Of a stretch of 64,000 nucleotides of DNA, positions 34,233-46,135 are shown in pieces. The position numbers and the translations under genes were made by a program. Below the pieces are notes generated by a model. It was not told the DNA's origin. It saw nothing but the letters and a program-made list of their open reading frames with translations, and did not search any database. Source of the DNA: Paecilomyces variotii (lineage: Eukaryota); assembly GCA_004022145.1 (NCBI GenBank), contig RCNU01000010.1, one strand, 5' to 3'. The number at the start of each line of letters is the position of its first letter. The stretch's first letter is position 1.

Positions 34233-37200
34233 GACGGAGAGAAGGATCGGAGACAAATGAAGGGCGATCCACGAGGAAGAAACAAGAAAGATAATATAAT
34301 AATATCTCTCTCTCGCGCTGGGATGTTGGGGATCTTTAGTTCCCCGTCGGGATTCGGCCGCCTTGCCGATTAGCTAAGCTACCCTTCCTCTTGGGGCCGC
34401 CGGTGTGCATATTATCATGCTTGTTATTTGGTTGTTTTTTTATTTTTATTTGGGGAGAGTTGTCTTGTCATTATTTAATACTTTGTTGTCGACTTTGCTC
34501 TGACAGTCTAGATACACTTGCCTGTCGAGACCTGTAGTCTCCCAACACGGGGATGCTTCTGTTTATCCAGCAAGAAGTGAAGTTGCTCATTTTAAATACA
34601 CTCGAAGACAATAATAATATTCACCCGGTCTAGATCGGACAAACCGTTCATTGCCGAGTAGATTCATCGGCAGTGGGTCCCGCCGGTTAACATCCCTAGC
34701 TTCCTCCGTTTCTACCCGCTTTATCAACTACATTTGTCTTGTTATATTTCTCAGCTGGTCTGCTAAGTTACGCAGTATCTAATTAATCATTACTTTTGTA
34801 TCAACTTAACTACGCTTAAGCGATGACTCAATTTCACCTACCTGCCAATGATCAACCAAAAAAGATTTGCGAAAGAACCTCGAAAAGTTCACGGAGCAAT
34901 AGATATTCCCGCCGTGGTTATACACCCAGACCACAGATATATATATATATTCATTTTTACCATTCCGGGCCTTAGACCACTACAGCCAACGAAGATGCCT
35001 CAGAGTTCTAAAAACTAATACAATTGCCTTTTGAAAACTCTATTAAAAGAGGAATCATCGCCAGCACTAAATAAGTCTTCGACTCTTAACTTTCTATCGT
35101 ACGTCTGGCAGTTTGCGAAAACAAGGCAATAAAAAGTTCGAGACCATTATTACAATATCCTACGCCAAAGCTCTAAATTTTCGCTTAAAAGCCAAGACCC
35201 CAGAAAGTTCCACTCGTCCCACAACTAGTCCAAGCCTTAAAGACCGGATAGTTATAAGATTTGGATTTCAGCTTATACTGAAGGATAGTATCTAGGGCCT
35301 CTGCGACTTTCTGGACATTATAGAAGATAGATCGAACTATAAAGCGGGGGATATGGACCTGGTCTCGTATATCGGATCTTGACTACGCTAGGTTCGAGGC
35401 ATACATTTAGTTGGTTATCTATGGGGAATTGGGGCAATATTATATCTACTGTAAGGGTCTTGATGAGACATGGGAAGGAGATCCTGTCAAAGTGTGGATC
35501 ACCGATGATAAGTGGTCTAACGCTAACCTTATTCAACCGATCTCTTTAGGTCAGTCTCCCCTTGTTCATTCTTATATTATATGCAGATGCCATCTCTGGT
35601 GGACGGGAGAACGAAGGATTTGACGAAGTGTTAGTTGGAGAATGACCTGGGCTCTTTAGGTCAGGCTTGAATTAGGATTCCTAGATCACCCAGATAGATT
35701 AAACTGACTAAATCCGATCCACCAGATGAACCAGTCAGAATGTTGGTCAAGCAAAGCTATATTAGCACGCAAGAAGTGTGGAAAATAGTACTTTGCTTAG
35801 ATTATAGATCATATAATAGTCACATAGTTATAAGTCAAAAGGGACCGACCAATGAAAAGACAGGCGTTAAGTTCTAGCGTTTTCTAAGAGTAGTAATATA
35901 TTGCTGAGCGCTAGCAAAGCGATAAAAGTAAGAAGGGGCTTCGATACTACCTAGGTACGTGCTACTGTAGGAAACTGGACCATCTCCATCCGTAACAAGA
36001 CCCTGGGGCTAGGAGTCTCAGAGAATGTTTAACTACAGTGTATGCATTCATATGTGAACATGTGATTGTGATTGCACTGTACATATACAAGGCGCATAAG
36101 GCGCATGGAACATATGACATATTTCTGTCTCATGGAACGATCAAGTTGCATAATATACCATGCGAAGCAAAACAGTTTTGAATAATGTATATTCAGGGTT
36201 TAAGACGAGATACCTGTGTCTTTCAGCAGATACTGTCTCGTCATCAGGTCAGCAGTCAAGAGAGGCACTCTTTGGGGTTTAATAGATCTATCAGTGCGAT
36301 TCAAGTATACACAAATACACCGTGTATATAGATAGATGTACTCTAGACGTTTAGATCTTCATGAAGCACGGTACCTCGGGACTCCATCATTTATGCTTTT
36401 ACCAATAGCATACCGCGTAGAAGAACATGGGTCAATTATCGGCCTCTCTCGACACTTTGAGTACCAGGAGGCCGAACCCGGCATTTTGGGACTGTCTTCC
36501 GAGAGGTCAAATGAGTCCCTAGACTCTTTCTGCCCTGTTCCAGCGCGCTGGACTATCCATGCGCTGACAAATTTTGACACTGCATGACCCCAAGACGCGG
36601 ATAGATACTTCCGGAAACAATCCCAGTAGTAGAATCATCGTAGAGGGGTCTCAAAACCTGGTATTACAGGATTTCATGCATGAAGTGCGTATTTTGGGCC
36701 CAGGAGTAAGGACAGGTCAAGTCTATTTTCTGACAGATAAGAATGATCACCGAAAGTTTGAGTGAGGAGGGCGGCTGAACGGAGAAGACCGGTGTTCAAC
36801 TCTCTGTGTCGACCAGCTGCGCAGGACCGTATGTGGTTGAGATTGAGCACAGATGGCTCAGTCCCCAAGATTATTATGGACGCTGATCCTCTAGAGAATC
36901 CCGACTGAATGGGAAGGGGGATTACAAGCACAAATGATTTGACCCGAATCTTTGGTGGATGGGAATGAAATGTATGTACAGTATTTTTGTTTGCCTTATG
37001 GTAACTATCTACTCATTATTTCGACCGGGAAGACACCCCATTCGTGGCGAATAAATCAAGTCTTAGGATGAACATTGACGCTAAGAACGAGGAGAAAGCC
37101 AATGCTGAGAGTTTCTCGGACATCTTCCCGTCGTCCCGCACGTTTCATATCCGTCAGTTTACTTTAGCTGTCATTTCCCGCAAGACATCGCTTCCGTCTC

Positions 37201-40200
37201 CTCTGAGTCTCTGACATGTTCGACCATGTGGGAATTCAAGCTGGCACCGGGCAACGCCCAATGATCCTTTTTCGAACGTCGTGGGGGAGATCCAGAGTGG
37301 GTAATAATAATATAGTCTAGACGAATTCAATAATAATACGAAGGTTCTGAGGGAAACGGCCGGACGGCACAAGAGCCCCCAGACACGGCCTATTTCTCTG
37401 ACAGGCCCGACCGTTAGAACTTAGTAGAGTATAATAATATCTCGATTCACGCGATCGTCCTGTTGAAGCTGAGACGCTACTTCTAGTTCCTCTCACACCA
37501 AGGACTTGGGGAACCGGTTGAATCTTCCGCAGGCGCCGCTATAGGCATATGTGTCCGGTCTGGACTCTTGAAGCTGTCGCGTCTCCCGACAGGCTGACAT
37601 TCAGCTTGTATGGCTAACGTGCTAAAAATTAAGACGACTCCAAATCACTGCTGATCCGTTGCTCAGGAGTGTCCGCGGTTGCATGCAGCGCAACGAATGC
37701 ATACCCCGTGGATATTAGTCATAAAAATACGGACGATACGTATCTATGCTCATTTCCATTATTATCTTTTCGATCCGTCCCGTCTCCATCCTGAGATGGG
37801 CCCCATCTGATGGAGCTTTCGAGGAGCGTCTCCAAAGTCAGATGATTGCTGTATCTATCCTGTACTGCCATGCTGGTTTGCTGTCAGGCACAATATACCT
37901 GACCAATTCGCGGCATTGCCGCGAGATGATACGTGACAAAGTCGAAGATCGGAGCTGGTTGGATTCTGCGATGGCCTATACGTCACGGAATCACACTCAT
38001 ATCAACAAGCAAGGATCTTGATAGCGTTTGAATGGATAGTGCCATGTCTTCGTGATGATACCATGCAGATATCTCTCCGACGTACGGAGTATTATCATTG
38101 TATCTGTCTGCATTAGGGTTCGTGGCAAGAGTGTCCACGCGGGAATCAGAGAGTATGGACTGTACCATACGGAGTAATAATAATAATGATCGCTGTCCTT
38201 GCCACAGCTGGCTGTGGAGGCAACAAGTTCGAGACAAGAGAGACAGAAAATCTCCGACCTCCACCGGTTAATCTGCTAACTAGACCCAAATCTGCAGTGA
38301 CAGGTCTGCTGAGCAGGCTTCCGCGCCGGGAGTACATCATACGAGTCTCAGTCGCAAACATTAGTTGGGCGTCAATCCAACCCGCGCGCTCATATTCTGA
38401 AATCTCCATATCGTATTCAGCAAGATAGAACGATCTTTTGGATAAGCCGTTAGCCATGCCAGGCAGGGTTGAGTTTTCGCCGTTTACTCGGTGACTAAAT
38501 AATAATCAAGGAGTAACTAACTAACGCGGATCTGTGGCTCTGCTGTTTGGGACCAAGGGCAGCGATAACCAGATGCAGTAATTTGAGGAATAATAACAAC
38601 TCAAGTACGTGTTTTCCCCGGCGGTACAAAAGTGACCCCAAGAATAGCAAGGAGCCTCCTTGTCGCGAACATCCTGTTCACCGAGCCGTCGTCCATGCAG
38701 GGGTAAAGCCTTAGGACTAGTTGTCGTTCGTGAAGATCCGACGGTCTGGTCCCAGAGCAGGTTGTTGTGAGGTCGAGGATCATCGCTTAAAGGAATGATG
38801 ATGCCATATACGAAAGCCTGAAAGTCTGCATCTTGTTTTTTCTAACGGCTGCCAAACGCTTCTTTTAGGAAGTTTGTCCGTTTTCCAAGCATTTTTTCTG
38901 GCAATTATTCGCCGGTCAGGGGAAGGAGAGAGAAGTAATAATAATGTTGATTGGCAAAGATTGCGGGCACGGAATGTCTTCTCCAAAAGCCCTTTGGGGC
39001 TTTGACTTCCACCGGTTGGGATTTAGCTTCTGCGCTACAAATGGTTCTGTGCTTGACGTTCCCTGAAGGTTGAACGGCCGCTGCGTGACTTCAAAATTGT
39101 GTTTCTCGTAGTTTAATCAAGCTGGTGCGAACTTTTGATCTCTCGCTAGTTATGCAGGCTTGGAGTCGTTGTTTCTACGGAACATACCGGTCGCAGCGTG
39201 GCCGCCAGGGCTGGATGCATGTATCTACTATCTAGTGTCGCTTCGGCTGTTTCGTGGTCTTCCCAGAACTAAGGAAACTTTCCCAGATGTTTGAGGACGC
39301 TTGCTGATAACATCCCGTTATATACATCACGGCACAATGGCATGTGTACTTTTCGTTTTGCGGAAACATATCAAAATGGGAGTGCTTAATCGAGCATTAA
39401 TATATCGAGGAAAATAATGATACGTATAAGACGTGCTAGCCGCAAAACTACCGGCAGACTACCATCTGGAGATTCGGATGATGAGATAGAGACGAGACTT
39501 CCGGACGACCCCATACCCCCCTTAGACAGGTAAGGATAGACATTGCGATCCTCAGGGCCGAGTGGGCGAGAAGGTGGCCAAGACTCAAATCATCACACCA
39601 AACGGGGCGGGCTGTTCCATAAAGTGCAGTCAGTGGAGATCTCCCAAAGAGCGCGTTGTGGATCTCGCAAAATAGCTTAGGGAGCTTAGCACCAAAGGCA
39701 ATAACCGAGAAGTCTGGCGGCAACGAGAGGCAAGCTTACTCGTGGCCTCTTCCGAGAGTTAAAGACGCCAATAATAATGGGTTAAGCCGGTTCGACGAGC
39801 GAGCTGAGATCTACTAATTCCGACATCCTTCAGACGAATAACGGAGGTATACTATAGTATTTCCCTTGAGCTGTTGGCCAGTGCAGTCACATATAGAATC
39901 ACAGTCGCGACGTATAAACTGTAGTTCATTGGGACCGTCCTATTCGTGGCTAAGGGCCAAAATGCATAAGTCTACATAGAATATCACCGTGTCAGAGGGT
40001 AAAACAGGGGTTTGTCGGAAATCAAAAAGGATGACCTGCTTGGAGTTCCCTGCCTCGAGGACAAATTCAGCCACAATGAGGGCCAGAGCATGGCTCTTGC
40101 ATGCGACGAACCTAATACAAACCCCAGAGATCCCAAGTGCCGGGACATAGCGTGCACCGAAACATGTACTGAGTAGTCATCTGCAAGACTGACTGGATAC

Positions 40201-41269
40201 CGAGTCTGCAGCACGGGCGCCCATCGATTGTTTGGACTTTGAGTTTGGAGTGCTGTCGTCTCTTGGTGCTGCGAGTCATGAATATCTCACTGTGCCGATC
40301 CGGTCACAACAATGAAAGGGAAGTTATCGCACATGGATGGACCTCTTCTTTGAGAGAACTCAGCCACATCCCAGATAGGTTACATACAGAGCCGTTACTT
40401 GCGCACGTAACTGCTCCAATAATAATGAAGGCAGTATTATTGTCAGGGATAGGGGGAAAGAGAACAGAACATGTCATTGCGCTGCCGATGACGGGCTGTG
40501 ACAGTTGTAGCATCGATACTACGGCAAGTGACGTGACAGGACAGGGCTACCTGAGCCTTTCCCGTGTAGTACTGGAGTTTGAAGTGCCGTTCTGGGTGAA
40601 AAAAGAGTATCAGGATCAAGTCTCTTTCTCTCTTTCTTGGCTGGACGAGGTCATGTCTGGGGGGATGATAGGCCAGGATCAGTAGTCATCCTCTAACGAC
40701 GCAGGAGAGAGCTCACGAGGTTCACACTGCTGTCTCCGTAATAATGAACTTACTCGTCTCTTTCTGTCAAGTCTTTCTTCTTTTTTACCCCTGAAAAAAA
40801 CCTTTCATGGTCGTTGACTCGCTAGCACGAGGCCGTAGCGGCTCCCCCGTTCCGCCTTGCGCCAGAAATCGTCCGGCCAAAAGCAAGTGGAACCTCAACG
40901 ACGCCCCCGACGAGCTTCTCCCCGTCGACCAGTCGCTCCTCCAGCTCCTCCACTGCCAGCCTCATAGCGTCCCAGGGCTTACATGGGACTAGTTTGGGTC
41001 CTCTAGCCATGCAGACTATGATCTCCTCCCTGAAACCGGCGTCTGTTCGCACATACACCGGTGTAACGACTGTCATGAACAATCCAGACTCCCATGTTGA
41101 GCAGTCTCAGTGACCATTGCCAGCCGCTGTTGGACTTTGCCTTTGCCGCTAGCAACTATCATTATCACGCTCATCGCTACAACGGCTGGCCAGGAACGCT
41201 GTCACTCTTTTGTTCCCTTCCCCGGATCCCCTCCCTCTGTGAGAGTCAAGACATCTCTCCTCCAGGTCC

Positions 41270-44200
41270 ATGTGGAAACATCGGCTCTCTTCCAAGCCGG
41301 ACACTTCGCCTCGGAACGAGACAGGCATTCAATTCTCCGAACGTAGTAGTCTCTTTGGCCGCTCCAAGAAAAAGCCGTCGTCAGGTAAGCGCGTCCCCGA
41401 AGCTACTATCTACTATTACTATACTGGTCTTTGCAACAACCTCTGAGGGCATGGAGCAATGTCGTCTTGTTTGTCTCAAAAGCGCAGCTCCATTCTGATT
41501 GAAAACCCACTTGATTCATTGTTCCTATCATCCGTCTTGGCTTGCCATGTGTGGCTGATGAACTCTTCCCACCCTGAACTCCAGATCTCCCGTCTCCAAG
41601 CTATCTCTCTCGTTCTGGTTCACAGTCGACCACCCACTCATTTCGTTCTGCAGCTAGACACCTTCTAGACAGGCCGGAGAGCAGCCTTTCTGGTCAATCG
41701 CTGTTCTCGCGCGCCCGCGCTCCCTCCGCTTTCAGCAACAGGACTCTGCAGTCGGACGTACAAGGTCCCGGGGTCAGTTATACTCCCCATACCAATCGTT
41801 CGCAGACATCTCTTAATTCTCGGCCTGGACGGCATATGTCGGGAATGATGGAGGTCGAGCGGACACGGACACGGAGAGACAGGACGTTTGTAGGGAGTGA
41901 ATGTGCTGTCTGTGAAGAGCCCCTGGAGCATATCCTCCGCGGAGAGAGAATCCTCCAGTTCTCCTGTGGTCATGTCTCCCATGAAGCTTGTTTCTATGAG
42001 TATATCAAAGAGTTCGAGTCACAGTATTGCCCGACATGCAATGCGCCGTTGGGGCTGGACAGCAGCAGGGGAGGCAATGTTCTGGATCTCGGTAGGTCCC
42101 CTCATTCCCTGGAAATATGGTTAATGCAATCGTGCTGATTCACCTGGCAGAGAAACTCAGCAACATTGTACGCTCTGTCGCTATGAGTGACACTGCAACC
42201 CAAAGGACCGGCATGACTACACCCGCTCCATGGGATCAACCTCCTCCCCGTCCTCGCATGGGAAGCACAGACGAGCGGTCGATGATGGATCGCTCCATGA
42301 TGGATCGCTCTACCATGGATCGTTCCATGATGGACCGAACGATGTCGATTAACCGCGATTCTCGAGACGCGTACAGTCGGCGTGACAGTCACACTAGTGC
42401 TCAACGTGATAGGGTCGAACGATTAACTGTATCTCAGCAACAGCATTCCCGGAACGACAGCGGTGCCACCGGTTCTGCAGGCGACTATCCTGACGGACAG
42501 CATCATAGCACCGGCAGGAGACATGATTATGATGTCCAGGCAATGGAGTCAGATCTGAGTCCCCGACAAGGCACTATGAAGAACCCGATTCCGCCCCCGA
42601 TTGTCACTGTTCGAAGCGAGTTCCCAACTCTCAACCGGTCTCGTCAGCAGCAATCGCTCACATGTCTTGTTACAGTGGAGGTGCCTGACGGGAACTGGCG
42701 TCCAGACGTCGAGGACCTGCGACATACTCCTCCTGTACAATCCCAGCCCCCGGAAGACATCCACAGCCCTGTCAGAGCACCATCTGTACAGGGTGCACAG
42801 TCATTGCAGTATGAGCCCCAGGAAAATCTAGAGGAGATCACAGAAGATCTGCGGACGAGAGTCGATAACTGGCATGGACTTGAGTTCCAACGGTGAGTGA
42901 TTCACTAGCCATTGCTAGAATCTCGGGTTTGGAGTCGCTGACCTTTGTCCAGTTTCGGAAAGCTGCGTCTGCATGGCAAAGTCCACGTTGGCAAAGACCG
43001 CGAGTCATGGCAGGAGCTGGAATGCTATCTCTTCGCAGAGATGCTGATCTGTGTAAAAGAGAAAAAGCACAATGATCACCACCGTTATGATGAGCAGAGG
43101 CCCAAGCGCAAGCCGCGTTGCACCCTGAAGGGATCTATTCTTATCAAGAAGCATCTCAGAGAGGTTGAGTCTGTTTTAGGTCGGTTGGAACTGTTTTTGT
43201 GACCAAGCGTGCCCAGCTAACCAGTATCTAGATGAACTCATCCTTACCCTGAACCTGTCCGTCAGCGAGTTGCCTTGCTTCCATCTGCGATTCCAGAACC
43301 GTAACCAGATGGAGATCTGGCGACGGGCTCTTCTCGACCTCCACCGACCCGAACCTGTGACTCGTAATAACGTTGATTATGACGTTGATAACTCTGGCGC
43401 GGAAGAGGACGACTATCGGACGCTCCAGACGAAGAGACAGTCATCGGCTACTTCGTCGTATGGAGCGGGCAAGTCTAACAATACGGCCTTGACCGAATAC
43501 ACCAACTCGGGCAGGGAGACCGTTCCCGTCAGTTTCCACGTTCCTCTCGACCTTGTGGTGGTGATTCCAGTTTCTTCTTCGATGCAAGGGCTCAAGATCA
43601 CACTCCTGCGGGACGCTCTCAAGTTCCTTGTGCAGAATCTTGGCCCAAGAGATCGCATGGGATTGGTTACATTCGGATCCAGTGGCGGAGGTGTGCCTCT
43701 CGTCGGCATGACTTCCAAGGCTTGGACAGGCTGGAACAAGATCCTGAACTCCATTCGTCCTGTCGGACAGAAGAGTCTGCGTGCAGACGTGGTTGAGGGT
43801 GCAAATGTTGCCATGGACCTTCTCATGCAACGGAAGTCCAACAACCCCATCTCCACCATTCTGCTGATCAGTGACTCTTCGACATCTGATCCGGAGAGTG
43901 TCGACTTTGTCATCTCGAGAGCAGAGGCCGCTAAAGTTGGCATCCATTCATTTGGCCTTGGTCTGACCCACAAGCCAGATACCATGATCGAACTATCGTC
44001 ACGCACCAAGGCGTCTTACACCTACGTCAAGGACTGGATGATGCTGCGAGAATGTGTCGCGGGATGCCTCGGATCGTTGCAATCGACGTCGCACCAGAAT
44101 GTGAAATTGAAGCTGCGCTTGCCTGAGGGATCACCCGCAAAATTTGTCAAGATTAGCGGCGCTCTTCATACGACCAAGCGGGCGACTGGACGAGATGCGG

Positions 44201-45153
44201 AAGCAGCTCTGGGAGACCTGCGCTTTGGAGACAAGAGAGGTATGTTCGTTTACATTCTTGTGAAGGGACCAAGAGACTGATTCTTCCCAGACATCTTGGT
44301 ACAACTCATTATTCAGCCTGATAATGCCACCCAGGAACAGGTGCCCCAGGACCCTTGGGAAAGTCTCGTATCCGGCTTGGAGGCCCTCGGCGGATCGGAC
44401 GGTGACGAACAACGCGTGGTCAGCATTGAAGAGGTGCCTTTGATCCAAGCGGACCTTACATATGGGGATATTCTACGAGATGGACATCTAACGCATACAC
44501 CCCGCCCGTCTCTCCTGGCGATCACCATGCTGCCGGCAAACCCCAGGGCGAAGAGTCCAGGAGCCCCAATGACTCCCTCTATCCCACCTCATCCGTCCAT
44601 CGTCCAACGCCGTATGGAATTGCTCACATCGGACATGTTGAGTCGGGCTTTGACGCTTGTCTCTCGCGGTCAGAATGACCGTGCGCAGCATCTCCTTACT
44701 GAAACGCGAAGTATCTTGAAGGGCCTCGGAAAAGGTGGCCTGCCTCCTCTGCCTCCAGGTGCTAAACCAACAGGCACAAGCGATTCAGGAAGTGCAGCCG
44801 GAACGCCGATGTCCTCATCTCCCCGCTCATCGTCCCAGTTTACGGAAGGTCATTCGTCCGCATCCGAAACTGCGACGATTACTCCTGTTGCTGCTGTCGA
44901 TTCGCAGACCATGATGGCCCTTGATGCCGATTTGGAGGCGGCCTTAGAATGGATCAACCACCCGGCCGTGTTTGGACGCGACTCGCGTAAAGCTGTTCTC
45001 CAAACGATCGGTGTGATCTCGTCTCAGCGCGGGTATACCTTCAGGACCCCTTCAGAAGCCCATTGGGCGCAGAGAGTCCCAGGCGTCAGACGCGTGACCG
45101 AAAGATCAAAAGAATGGCGAGAGACCGGTGATGATGCTTTGACTGAAGAGTAG
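41270..45153 (+). CDS. Far1/Ste5-like scaffold with RING, PH and von Willebrand A domains
   Basis: Proposed exons 41270-41384, 41585-42091, 42151-42892, 42953-43179, 43232-44239, 44291-45153. RING CAVCEE..SCGHVSHEAC..CPTC, PH-like WQELECYLFAEMLICVKE and vWA PLDLVVVIPVSSSMQGLK. The first exon is inferred; the conservative start is 41836. Confidence 0.85.
42282..42344 (+). repeat. Coding 15-bp minisatellite giving (M/T)MDRS x4
   Basis: atgatggatcgctcc atgatggatcgctct accatggatcgttcc atgatggaccgaacg atg. Confidence 0.9.
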
Positions 45154-45546
45154 AATGACCCGTCCGCTTTGTTATGGCTGTTTGCTCTATGATTTGTGTG
45201 TTCTTTTTTTTCCCCGAAAATATTGTTATTTCTCCCCCACAGGTTTGGTTTTGTATGATACCATTTTTGTTTCAGGATTATTTTACTGCGTGATACCATG
45301 AGCCGGTCTTCATCACAATGTTTGAGGTGAGCTTGAGTGTGTACATGACTTTTCCAATATGTGTGCCTTGGGATCATCTCACGCTTTGTCGTGGCAAACG
45401 ACCTTGGCGTGCTTGGACTTCTTGGAGGCTAGTACTCGCTTTGCTGTCTTCCCCATTTAGCTTTGTTACCCCCTTTGATCTATACTTCTATATTCTTGGG
45501 ACTTCTTTTCATTCTGCCCACCATATTTTATTCACATTGGATATCT

Positions 45547-45596
45547 ATTTTTCTTTTTCTTTTTCTTTTCTTTTCTTTTCTTTTCTTTTTTTTTTA
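45547..45596. repeat. T-rich (TTTTC)n / poly-T tract downstream of the Far1-like gene
   Basis: About 50 nt made almost entirely of T with interspersed C. Confidence 0.85.
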
Positions 45597-46135
45597 ATCA
45601 TCTCAAACATGTGGATTTCTCGGTCTGTTGAATGTTCATTATGAAAGGGTGAAATAAATGCACTTCGGATTCCGGATCGTATGATTCTGAATTGTTGCCA
45701 ACTCAGTTCGAAGTTATGACTTCCATACCAGTATTCCCGTGCCTTTGCGGTGTATTGTAGGACTCCGTGACGGTAAACGCCGAATCTCATCATAGAACCT
45801 TGGTCAGAAAAGCGTTGATACTGTAGTGCTGACTGATTTCGGATCTTCTTTGCTCGTGGGGGTGCCAGCGCAAGGAATTTTTTTGGTCGATAGATATTAC
45901 CATTTGTAGTTGAAGTTGTCTTTTCCATTCGGCATTATTTTCCAATGACATGTCAGCGAAGTATTGATACTGTAATGAAACCGTACAGGCCCGTGACCTC
46001 CGGTTGTTATCGATAGAGACCAACCTCGCTCGAGCTCCATTATCATCTTACGAAAGTACTGGCGCCGGTGATCAGCGCAGTACATACCTTTGTTTGCTGT
46101 ACATACAAAGCCTGAACTACAGGCAAAGATCATCG

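Noticed and set aside
35640..36350. AT/TpA-rich stretch suggestive of a RIP-degraded transposon
   Set aside because: No terminal repeats, transposase or reverse-transcriptase remnants are visible, and RIP indices could not be computed.
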